From positions 45,518-109,517 of the forward strand of contig CAYLKD010000002.1 in the NCBI GenBank assembly GCA_964384345.1: a DNA stretch of 64,000 nt, in the 5' to 3' direction. A program made the position numbers and the translations under genes. Position 1 is the first letter of the stretch, and the number at the start of each line of letters is the position of its first letter. Under the pieces are notes generated by a model, which did not search any database, was not told where the DNA came from, and saw nothing but the letters and a program-made list of their open reading frames with translations. Positions 57,315 through 64,000 of the stretch are shown here, piece after piece. Source of the DNA: an uncultured Candidatus Saccharibacteria bacterium (GTDB taxonomy: Bacteria; Patescibacteriota; Saccharimonadia; Saccharimonadales; Saccharimonadaceae).

Positions 57315-57791
57315 ATGCATTTGTATTTGCTGAACGCTATCATCGTGCCTTTTTGTGTATTTGCGGCGTCGAAGCGATATCTCTTCTGGCGTCCACTTGA
57401 GCCAAGTGTTCGCTGGCGACTCTATGTGGCGGTAATATTGTTTTTTATATCATGGTTTTTACCCTCTTTTTTAATTGATGGAAAAGATACGTCTTTTACG
57501 ACGCATTTTGTCGGTGGGGGAATGTTTGTCGCATTTTTATGGTGGTATATCGAAGGAAGCTGTGGGCTGCATTGGCTATGGTATTGGCGAATGGCAGCTG
57601 TGTACGCAGTTGTATCTGCACTCGGCAATGTCAATGAATTATTTGAACTTGTACTGGTGCGAGCTCATGTAGCGAGCATTTTAATCACTGATACGAGTTG
57701 GGACATTTTGGCAAATACGCTGGGCTCACTCAGTATGTATGCATTACTGCTGTACGTCGAACACATGCACAGAGCGAAAAAGTTGCAATGA
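57315..57791 (+). CDS. Hypothetical membrane protein
   Basis: It has 4-5 TM helices. I moved the start to Met22 because the ORF track's first 21 codons run through the rplS terminator. Confidence 0.55.
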   Translation: MHLYLLNAIIVPFCVFAASKRYLFWRPLEPSVRWRLYVAVILFFISWFLPSFLIDGKDTSFTTHFVGGGMFVAFLWWYIEGSCGLHWLWYWRMAAVYAVVSALGNVNELFELVLVRAHVASILITDTSWDILANTLGSLSMYALLLYVEHMHRAKKLQ

Positions 57792-58711
57792 TACTTGGAA
57801 TTGATGAAGTCGGACGCGGACCTTGGGCTGGACCACTTGTTGTCGGTGCCGTTGTGCTGAATACTGCCGTCATTGATGGGCTGACAGATAGTAAAAAATT
57901 GTCTGCAAAGCAGCGCACTATTTTAGCGCAGCATATTGTAGAATCAGAAGCAGCAATCGGCCTAGGTTGGGTGCATGCTGATGAACTCGATCGGATAGGG
58001 ATGAGCGCAAGCCTCATTGAGGCCACGAAACGTGCCGTACGCCAAATACATACGCCATATAACGAAATAGTCATTGATGGAACGGTGAATTTTTTATCTG
58101 GAACGCCGCTTGGTAGTTATGTGACGACGCTCAAGAAAGCTGATTTACTTATTCCAGCTGTGAGTGCAGCAAGTATCGTTGCAAAAGTTGCTCGAGACGA
58201 ATATATGTCACAAATGGATACAGTGTTTCCTGGCTACGGTTTCACTGCGCACGCTGGCTATGGCACTCAGAAGCACCGCGACGCTATCACAGAGCTAGGT
58301 CTGACGCCGCTTCATCGACAAAGTTTCAAGCCGCTCCAATCATTAAAGAAGCCTAGCACTACTATTTCTACCAAAGCCCGTGGAGACATGGGAGAAGACG
58401 TGGCGTCGGCTTGGCTGGAGAAGCAGGGCTGTACTATTGTTGATCGTAATTGGAAAACCCGAATGTGTGAAATCGATATTGTTGCTAAAGATACCGGCAA
58501 TACAATCTTGTTCGTAGAAGTAAAACACCGTCAAGAGTCCTCACGTGGAGGAGGCATAGCGGCGATTACAGCCAAGAAGCAACGACAAATGCTGTTTGCC
58601 GCTCGTATGTACTTACATTATCACCATATGGATGATGCGCATGCTCGGCTCGCTGTGCTCACGACCAGTGGAGATCCAAGCACGTATGAATCCTTTTTAC
58701 TGATCGACTAA
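57788..58711 (+). CDS. rnhB: Ribonuclease HII fused to a YraN (UPF0102) endonuclease-like domain
   Basis: The N-terminus GIDEVGRGPWAGPLVV...DSKKL is RNase HII. The C-terminus GEDVASAWLEKQGCTIVDRNWKTRMCEIDIVA...LFVEVKHR is the YraN signature. It has an ATGA overlap with the upstream gene. Confidence 0.85.
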   Translation: MILGIDEVGRGPWAGPLVVGAVVLNTAVIDGLTDSKKLSAKQRTILAQHIVESEAAIGLGWVHADELDRIGMSASLIEATKRAVRQIHTPYNEIVIDGTVNFLSGTPLGSYVTTLKKADLLIPAVSAASIVAKVARDEYMSQMDTVFPGYGFTAHAGYGTQKHRDAITELGLTPLHRQSFKPLQSLKKPSTTISTKARGDMGEDVASAWLEKQGCTIVDRNWKTRMCEIDIVAKDTGNTILFVEVKHRQESSRGGGIAAITAKKQRQMLFAARMYLHYHHMDDAHARLAVLTTSGDPSTYESFLLID

Positions 58712-61204
58712 TGCCGCAACAACAGCTTGTGTATCTCGTTCCAAAAGCGTTATTCGGGCGGTGATCTCGCTGATAGCGAGCGCGATAGTCCGTTGTAATG
58801 CCGGCTCGCTTTGCATAGGCTCAAAGAATGCTGTAAATTCATTCAGCTGCGTGCGACTAGTGATTGCCGCTGCGCCGTAGCGAACGAAGTCATCGTAACT
58901 TTTATCCCCACCGTAGGTACGCTTGACCCAGACCCAATTGTTTTTGAGCCATAGCCACGCGATGTCACGGGTGTATCGATTGCGTGCCAAATAAGCAAAC
59001 CATCTAAACGTATCTTGTTGGCGTATAATCTGTGGATCTTTACAGGCATCCAGCAAACGTTGAGCTACTGTAGTGTCTTGAGTGGCTGTCATAGCTACCG
59101 CAAGATCTTGTTGCAAATCTGAAGATGTCGTTTTGCAGTACAGTGCTAGCATGTCGTCGACGACGGAAGGTTCTCCATATCGGACGGCACTACTCAAAAT
59201 AAGTGAACGTGTTTCTGGCGCAAGACTCGTGACGGAATCTATAGAGTAACGGTTAGACGCTTCTTGCAGTAACGTTTCACGCTCGCTGTAGAGCATAAGA
59301 CCTAAAATCGTTGAACGTAGCTTGGTATCGGTTTCTGTCTCATCACTTGATTCGTCCCAGCCGAGTCTTTCAAATTGCAGCTCTGCGATGGTGCCAGCGA
59401 GCGAACGCAGTGCCGCTTCGGCCGGTTGACTTTTCTCGACAAATTTCTTCAATTCACCGATCGTCAGTCCGATGATATCCCACACGCTTTCAATACTTTC
59501 AAATCGATACGCACTAATGAGCGGCAATAGAGAAGCGCTCGAAATTCGTCCAGCACGCGCAAGCAATGTTCGTTCGTGCAGTATTTGGAGTCGTTGAACA
59601 ACCGATAATTTGTCCAGTTGAGCCAAAATTGCTTCCATATGAAGCTCAGAATATTCGGTAATAAAATGCGCGCTGTCAGTAATGTTAAGTAAAGTTGTTG
59701 ATAGATCGACATCTACTCGCAGGCTAGGTGCATCAAGAAGCGCAGGAACGGCATCATTTGACGCCTCGAGCGGCACTGGCCATACGCGTGTAGCATCGGT
59801 GTGTTCACCTATAAAGAACTGTGTCTGGCTAATAACGCCGTCGTTCATTGTGACCACAGGGTAACCAGGTTGCGATATCCACGCATTCATGAGTGATTTG
59901 ATGTCTTTGCCACTTGCATCAGAAAGCTTCGTCCACAGATCGTCAGCTTCAGTGTTTTTATAGGCGAATTCTGCAAAATATTCTGACAAACCTTTTTGGA
60001 AGGCATCGTTGCCAACATACACCTGAAGCATACGCATGAGGCGCGCTCCCTTTGCATAAACAATAGCACCATCAAATAAGCTACTGATCTCATCCGGATG
60101 CTGTACTTCTACTTGCACGGATTGTACTCCGTCCACAGCGTCCCGCCTCAAGGCCATTACTGACTCATTTGCAGCGAAGTCGAGCCAAACATTCCAGCTA
60201 GGCTCAAGGGCATCGATAGCAATGTATTCCATCAGTGTCGCAAAACTCTCATTAAGCCAAAGATCATTCCACCATTTCATGGTGACAAGGTTGCCAAACC
60301 ACTGATGGGAAAGTTCGTGCGCTATCACTGTCGCGATATAGTGCTTACTTGAGACACTTGATACGTTCGGATCGGCAAGTAGTGCGATTTCACGGTAGGT
60401 AATCAAACCCCAGTTTTCCATTGCTCCAGAAGAAAAGTCTGGAAGAGCGACGTGATCTGACTTTGGTAGAGGATACGGAATGCCAAAAAAATCATCAAAA
60501 AAGTCTATGGTGCGAGTTGCGATATTAAGGGCGAACGACAAGGTTGCTGGAGCTTGGGCGGGCGTCGCCCATATATTCACCTCAACGCCACTAGCAGTGG
60601 TGGCAGATGTACTATGAAGCTCTCCTATGACCCAGGCTAATAGGTAACTGCTCATACGCGGCGTTCGGGCAAATCGAGTCACTAAAACGTCATGTTCATT
60701 CTGCTGAAATTCGATTGGCATATTTGCGAGTACAGTTACAGACTGCTCGGTCGTGAGGGTTACGTCAAAGGTGGCTTTTGCCTCCGGCTCGTCAACGCAC
60801 GGGAAGGCTTCGCGCGCATGATGACTTTCAAACTGCGTGGCTATGAGTTCCTTTTTGGTACCCTCATGTTCGAAATAGCATGGGTAAATGCCATGCATTT
60901 GGTCGGTGATGATACCGCTATAGCTAATCACAGCCGTTATACTTCCACTTGGTATGCCGGCTCCAATAAGGCGTAGTTCATCATTGTCGCCAGCTTCCCA
61001 GCTGACCGATGATCCGTTTACACTGGCGGAAATAATAGTAAGATCTTTGGCATGGAGTGACATCGTGCCGGCTTGATGAGATAATCCCTGGATAGTAATT
61101 ATCCCATGGAACTTCCGAGCTTCTCGCTGAATAGTTAATGATAATTCATACGCTGCTGGCGTAAAGGAGTGAATAAGGCGGGGTACTGTTTGCATATATT
61201 CCAT
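58697..61204 (-). CDS. pepN: Aminopeptidase N (M1 family)
   Basis: SGAMENWG, HELSHQWFGNLVT and WLNESFA are present, with a C-terminal ERAP1-like domain. Length is 835 aa. Confidence 0.93.
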   Translation of the reverse strand: MEYMQTVPRLIHSFTPAAYELSLTIQREARKFHGIITIQGLSHQAGTMSLHAKDLTIISASVNGSSVSWEAGDNDELRLIGAGIPSGSITAVISYSGIITDQMHGIYPCYFEHEGTKKELIATQFESHHAREAFPCVDEPEAKATFDVTLTTEQSVTVLANMPIEFQQNEHDVLVTRFARTPRMSSYLLAWVIGELHSTSATTASGVEVNIWATPAQAPATLSFALNIATRTIDFFDDFFGIPYPLPKSDHVALPDFSSGAMENWGLITYREIALLADPNVSSVSSKHYIATVIAHELSHQWFGNLVTMKWWNDLWLNESFATLMEYIAIDALEPSWNVWLDFAANESVMALRRDAVDGVQSVQVEVQHPDEISSLFDGAIVYAKGARLMRMLQVYVGNDAFQKGLSEYFAEFAYKNTEADDLWTKLSDASGKDIKSLMNAWISQPGYPVVTMNDGVISQTQFFIGEHTDATRVWPVPLEASNDAVPALLDAPSLRVDVDLSTTLLNITDSAHFITEYSELHMEAILAQLDKLSVVQRLQILHERTLLARAGRISSASLLPLISAYRFESIESVWDIIGLTIGELKKFVEKSQPAEAALRSLAGTIAELQFERLGWDESSDETETDTKLRSTILGLMLYSERETLLQEASNRYSIDSVTSLAPETRSLILSSAVRYGEPSVVDDMLALYCKTTSSDLQQDLAVAMTATQDTTVAQRLLDACKDPQIIRQQDTFRWFAYLARNRYTRDIAWLWLKNNWVWVKRTYGGDKSYDDFVRYGAAAITSRTQLNEFTAFFEPMQSEPALQRTIALAISEITARITLLERDTQAVVAALVDQ

Positions 61205-61218
61205 TGTACTATGGGACT

Positions 61219-61887
61219 ATGACTCGTCGATACCGCATTCGTAGCATAGTAGCTTTGCTTATTGCACTTTTTTTGATAGCTATACCGGTCAGTCATCAGT
61301 CAAAACCGACTCTTCCACTAATTTCCCCAACACCTCCAACGTCTACGGATACGACAAGTCTTCAAAAATTAGCCAGTTTAAATGTCAAAGGCCGGGCGCC
61401 AAAAACTGGCTACGCTCGTTCACAATTTGGCGACGGTTGGAGTATACAAAATGGATGCGATACCCGAAACAGTATATTAGCTCGTGATCTAAAAAATGTG
61501 ATCACTAATGATAAATGTCAGGTTGTTTCTGGAGTGCTTCAAGACCCGTATACCGGTAAAACAGTGAAGTTTACTCGTGGTCAATCTACTAGTGACGCGG
61601 TGCAGATCGATCATGTAGTTGCCTTGTCAAATGCATGGCAAACCGGTGCTCAGTCGTTAACCGTTTCCCAAAGAGAAGCGCTGGCTAATGATCCCTTAGA
61701 ACTTCTCGCGGTAGACGGTCCGGCAAATCAGCAGAAATCAGATAAAGATGCCGCAACGTGGCTGCCACCTAATAAACCGTTTCGCTGTCAATATGTGCGT
61801 CGGCAAATAGATGTCAAAATAAAATATCAATTATGGCTTACAGGTGCAGAAAAAGCCGCTATGGAAAAAGTACTGGCAGGTTGCTAA
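61219..61887 (+). CDS. Secreted or membrane-anchored HNH/DUF1524-type nuclease
   Basis: It has a signal anchor (IVALLIALFLIAIPV). GCDTRN, QIDHVVALSNAW and NQQKSDKDAATWLP form the His-Me finger / DUF1524 pattern. A TTG at 61204 is possible, but ATG 61219 is more likely. Confidence 0.7.
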   Translation: MTRRYRIRSIVALLIALFLIAIPVSHQSKPTLPLISPTPPTSTDTTSLQKLASLNVKGRAPKTGYARSQFGDGWSIQNGCDTRNSILARDLKNVITNDKCQVVSGVLQDPYTGKTVKFTRGQSTSDAVQIDHVVALSNAWQTGAQSLTVSQREALANDPLELLAVDGPANQQKSDKDAATWLPPNKPFRCQYVRRQIDVKIKYQLWLTGAEKAAMEKVLAGC

Positions 61888-61937
61888 GCTGTCAGTCCGA
61901 CACATGGTTGCGATTAGTTGCAAACATGTATATTGTT

Positions 61938-61946
61938 TGATATAAT
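61938..61946 (+). promoter_or_regulatory. Extended -10 (TGaTATAAT) of the nusA leader
   Basis: It is an exact TGnTATAAT 64 nt upstream of ATG 62010. Confidence 0.5.
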
Positions 61947-61957
61947 TGCATCAGTAC

Positions 61958-61985
61958 ATTCCGGCCGCTACAGGTCGGAATTTTT
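61958..61985 (+). terminator. Leader hairpin plus T5 between the nusA promoter and the start codon (candidate attenuator)
   Basis: ATTCCGGCC, loop GCTACA, GGTCGGAAT (9 bp with one G-U pair), then TTTTT. Confidence 0.5.
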
Positions 61986-62009
61986 CGTAAAAGAAAGGAT
62001 GAATAGTAC

Positions 62010-63131
62010 ATGGAAGATCTCAATATCAAACAACTCACACTAGCGGTACGCACAATTGCTGAGGAGAAAAATCTCCCTGAAGAAACCGTCATGAGCGTTA
62101 TTGAGCAGGCAATTGCTGCTGCATGGCGACGTGATAATGGAGAGCGCGATCAAGAAGTACGTGCTCAACTCAACGTCAATGACGGCACAGCAAAAGTATT
62201 TGTTGGACGAGAAGTTGTCGAAGAAGTTGGTTCAGATGCGCACGAGATTAGCCTAGATGATGCCAGAAAAATCAAAAAAGATGCCGAGCTGGGTGATTTA
62301 ATCGAAGACGAACATGATGTAACAAGCTTTGGACGTGTTGCGGCCCAGACTGCCAAGCAAGTAGTTTTGCAGCGACTTCGAGAAGCTGAGCGAGAAGTTG
62401 TCTTGGCCGAATACGAAGACAAAATTGGTTCAATTGTATCTGGTACCGTCCAGCGTGTTGAACCCCGAGTGGTTCGAGTAGAACTTGGTAAAGCAATTGG
62501 TATCATTCCTCAGAGCGAGCAAATACAAGGCGAATTTTATAGTATAGGCTCACGCATTAAAGTTTTCATCAAAGACATCGAGCGTGATAATCGTGGTCCT
62601 CAGTTGATACTTTCTCGTGGCAATGAGGCCTTCATCAAGCATCTTTTTATGCAAGAAGTTCCAGAGATGGAATCGGGTGCAGTCGAGATCAAGGCAATTG
62701 CTCGTGAAGCAGGGCGCCGTACGAAGATAGCTGTCGTCTCAACCGTTCCTGGTGTAGATCCAGTTGGTACATTTGTCGGTGGTCACGGTACGCGGGTACA
62801 GGCGGTTATGAATGAAATCGGTGATCAAGAAAAAATTGATATCATTAATTTCAAAGAAGACCCAAAACAATTTATCACCGAAGCTTTGTCTCCAGCAGAA
62901 ATTGCTCGAGTAGAAATTGACGAAAAAACAAAATCTGCGCGCGTTTTTGTCAATGAAGATCAGCAATCTATTGCAATCGGTCGCGGCGGTCAAAACGTTC
63001 GTCTCGCGTCACAGCTGACAGGTTATGAGCTCGATATTGAAGCGACAACAGCGCAAAAAGCTGAGCAAAAACCACGGCGAAATATCGAGGATAGTCTTAT
63101 GACTGCCTTGGGCGAAACTGACGAAAAATAA
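62010..63131 (+). CDS. nusA: Transcription termination/antitermination factor NusA
   Basis: It has an N-terminal domain, S1 (GSIVSGTVQRVE) and KH1/KH2 (GRGGQNVRLASQLTG). Length is 373 aa. Confidence 0.93.
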   Translation: MEDLNIKQLTLAVRTIAEEKNLPEETVMSVIEQAIAAAWRRDNGERDQEVRAQLNVNDGTAKVFVGREVVEEVGSDAHEISLDDARKIKKDAELGDLIEDEHDVTSFGRVAAQTAKQVVLQRLREAEREVVLAEYEDKIGSIVSGTVQRVEPRVVRVELGKAIGIIPQSEQIQGEFYSIGSRIKVFIKDIERDNRGPQLILSRGNEAFIKHLFMQEVPEMESGAVEIKAIAREAGRRTKIAVVSTVPGVDPVGTFVGGHGTRVQAVMNEIGDQEKIDIINFKEDPKQFITEALSPAEIARVEIDEKTKSARVFVNEDQQSIAIGRGGQNVRLASQLTGYELDIEATTAQKAEQKPRRNIEDSLMTALGETDEK

Positions 63132-63153
63132 TACTGACTAGTCCTAAAACAAA

Positions 63154-63180
63154 TTAGCACTCTCTTGACGAGAGTGCTAA
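63154..63180 (+). promoter_or_regulatory. Perfect CIRCE element (HrcA operator), also a hairpin followed by T5
   Basis: TTAGCACTC-N9-GAGTGCTAA matches exactly. T5 follows at 63181-63185 and TATACT at 63189-63194. Confidence 0.8.
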
Positions 63181-63256
63181 TTTTTATGTATACTAAATAG
63201 TGAAATAGCGCAAAATAGCGCTTGCTGTAACTAAGTAGAGGACTGATAATAAAAAT

Positions 63257-64000
63257 ATGGCAGATGATTTTTCAGAATTCGTATCTCACTTAACCGACAA
63301 TGCCCGCATAAGTTTGCAGCAAGCAAATGCCATTGCCCGTGGATACGGAAGTGCCTACATCGGCACCGAGCATCTTTTACTTGGTATATTAGCTCAAGGC
63401 TCGTCAGTCGGTGCCAAAATTTTGGCTGACGTAGATGTTACTCTTGACCGAGCTGAAGTTGCATTAAACTTAAGCCCACGCACTATTCTGATCACAACTG
63501 GTGGAGCAGGACTCAGTGAAACAGCAAAACTCACGTTAAAGCTCGCTTGGGAAATGGCACAAGAATATCACCAAGAATACCTAGGTACCGAGCATATTAT
63601 CTATAGTATAGTTTCGCAAAAAAACGCACGAGCAACAGTGCTACTTAGAGACATGGGTGTAAATTTAGATGAGTTACGAGGAGATCTTGAAGAATTCCTT
63701 GATCGTCAACAAACACAATATGAACATACAGAGACACAGCAGCAAAAAAGAAAAAGCGCAGGCGGCGCTCTTGACACATTCGGTACAGATCTAACGCAAA
63801 AAGCTCGCCAGGGTGAACTCGACCCGGTTATCGGACGTGATGCAGAACTAGAACGAATGATGACAATTCTTATGAGACGTACAAAAAATAACCCAGTGCT
63901 TATCGGTGAGCCTGGCGTTGGTAAAACGGCCATAGTAGAAGGATTAGCCAGACGAATTGTTTCGGAGGATGTCCCAAACTACTTGCTTGATAAACGCGTC
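63257..64000 (+). CDS. clpC: Clp/Hsp100 AAA+ ATPase (ClpC-like; ClpB not excluded), 3' partial
   Basis: It has two Clp_N repeats ([11 protein letters not shown] and [11 protein letters not shown]), LDPVIGRD and Walker [10 protein letters not shown]. It runs off the window end. Confidence 0.85.
   Translation, partial: MADDFSEFVSHLTDNARISLQQANAIARGYGSAYIGTEHLLLGILAQGSSVGAKILADVDVTLDRAEVALNLSPRTILITTGGAGLSETAKLTLKLAWEMAQEYHQEYLGTEHIIYSIVSQKNARATVLLRDMGVNLDELRGDLEEFLDRQQTQYEHTETQQQKRKSAGGALDTFGTDLTQKARQGELDPVIGRDAELERMMTILMRRTKNNPVLIGEPGVGKTAIVEGLARRIVSEDVPNYLLDKRV

Noticed and set aside
1-64000. Alternative genetic code (UGA read as Gly or Trp, as in some CPR lineages and Mycoplasma).
   Set aside because: All recognisable conserved proteins are full-length with no in-frame TGA. 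TGA also terminates conserved genes at the expected positions, for example metK at 12832-12834, the transketolase N-subunit at 37047-49 and cyoC at 25528-30. The standard code fits.
1-64000. CRISPR arrays, rRNA genes, IS elements, transposases, integrases and toxin-antitoxin pairs.
   Set aside because: I saw no short regularly spaced direct repeats, no rRNA-like conserved stretches, and no DDE, serine or tyrosine recombinase motifs in any listed ORF.

Overview
The window is a gene-dense, mostly plus-strand stretch of a small, streamlined bacterial genome that uses the standard genetic code. About 68 protein genes and one tRNA-Gln are supportable. I saw no rRNA, CRISPR array, transposase or integrase.

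Gene content fits a Patescibacteria/CPR organism, most likely Saccharibacteria (TM7)-like. The signs are a split transketolase, a short MetK, a truncated Rel, a PilB ATPase and a cysteine-free quinol-oxidase cyoABCDE operon. This is an inference from content, not a database result.

Core blocks in order:
- trmD and tRNA-Gln
- rlmD-like and rsgA
- SAM riboswitch-metK
- an arsR / FMN-reductase / erm-like trio
- rmuC and pheST-cyoABCDE
- ABC exporter, FKBP, trxB, ppa, rel and gap
- a sugar-phosphate operon: rpiB-rpe-tktN-tktC-fba-pfkB-pfkB
- uvrB and gatCA-x-gatB
- galU and dnaE
- pilB, malic enzyme and rplS
- an rnhB::yraN fusion, pepN, nusA and clpC (3' partial)

Most interesting observations:
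1. A stand-alone module of three genes coupled by GTGA overlaps (3787-6817). It encodes phage tail-fibre-like and beta-helix depolymerase-like proteins with no other phage genes around it.
2. Three small orphan genes with foreign, high-GC3 codon usage wedged between housekeeping genes. One is a lipoprotein on an island where 100 hand-counted nt are 68% GC.
3. A recurrent (extended) -10 box 6-9 nt upstream of start codons, which implies many leaderless mRNAs.
4. A perfect CIRCE operator between nusA and clpC.
5. A SAM-IV-like riboswitch with a visible anti-SD platform.
6. A Crp/Fnr gene broken at a T9 homopolymer.
7. An erm-like methyltransferase whose start codon abuts a hairpin and a 7-codon uORF.

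All functional calls rest on motifs I recognise by eye; no searches were run.
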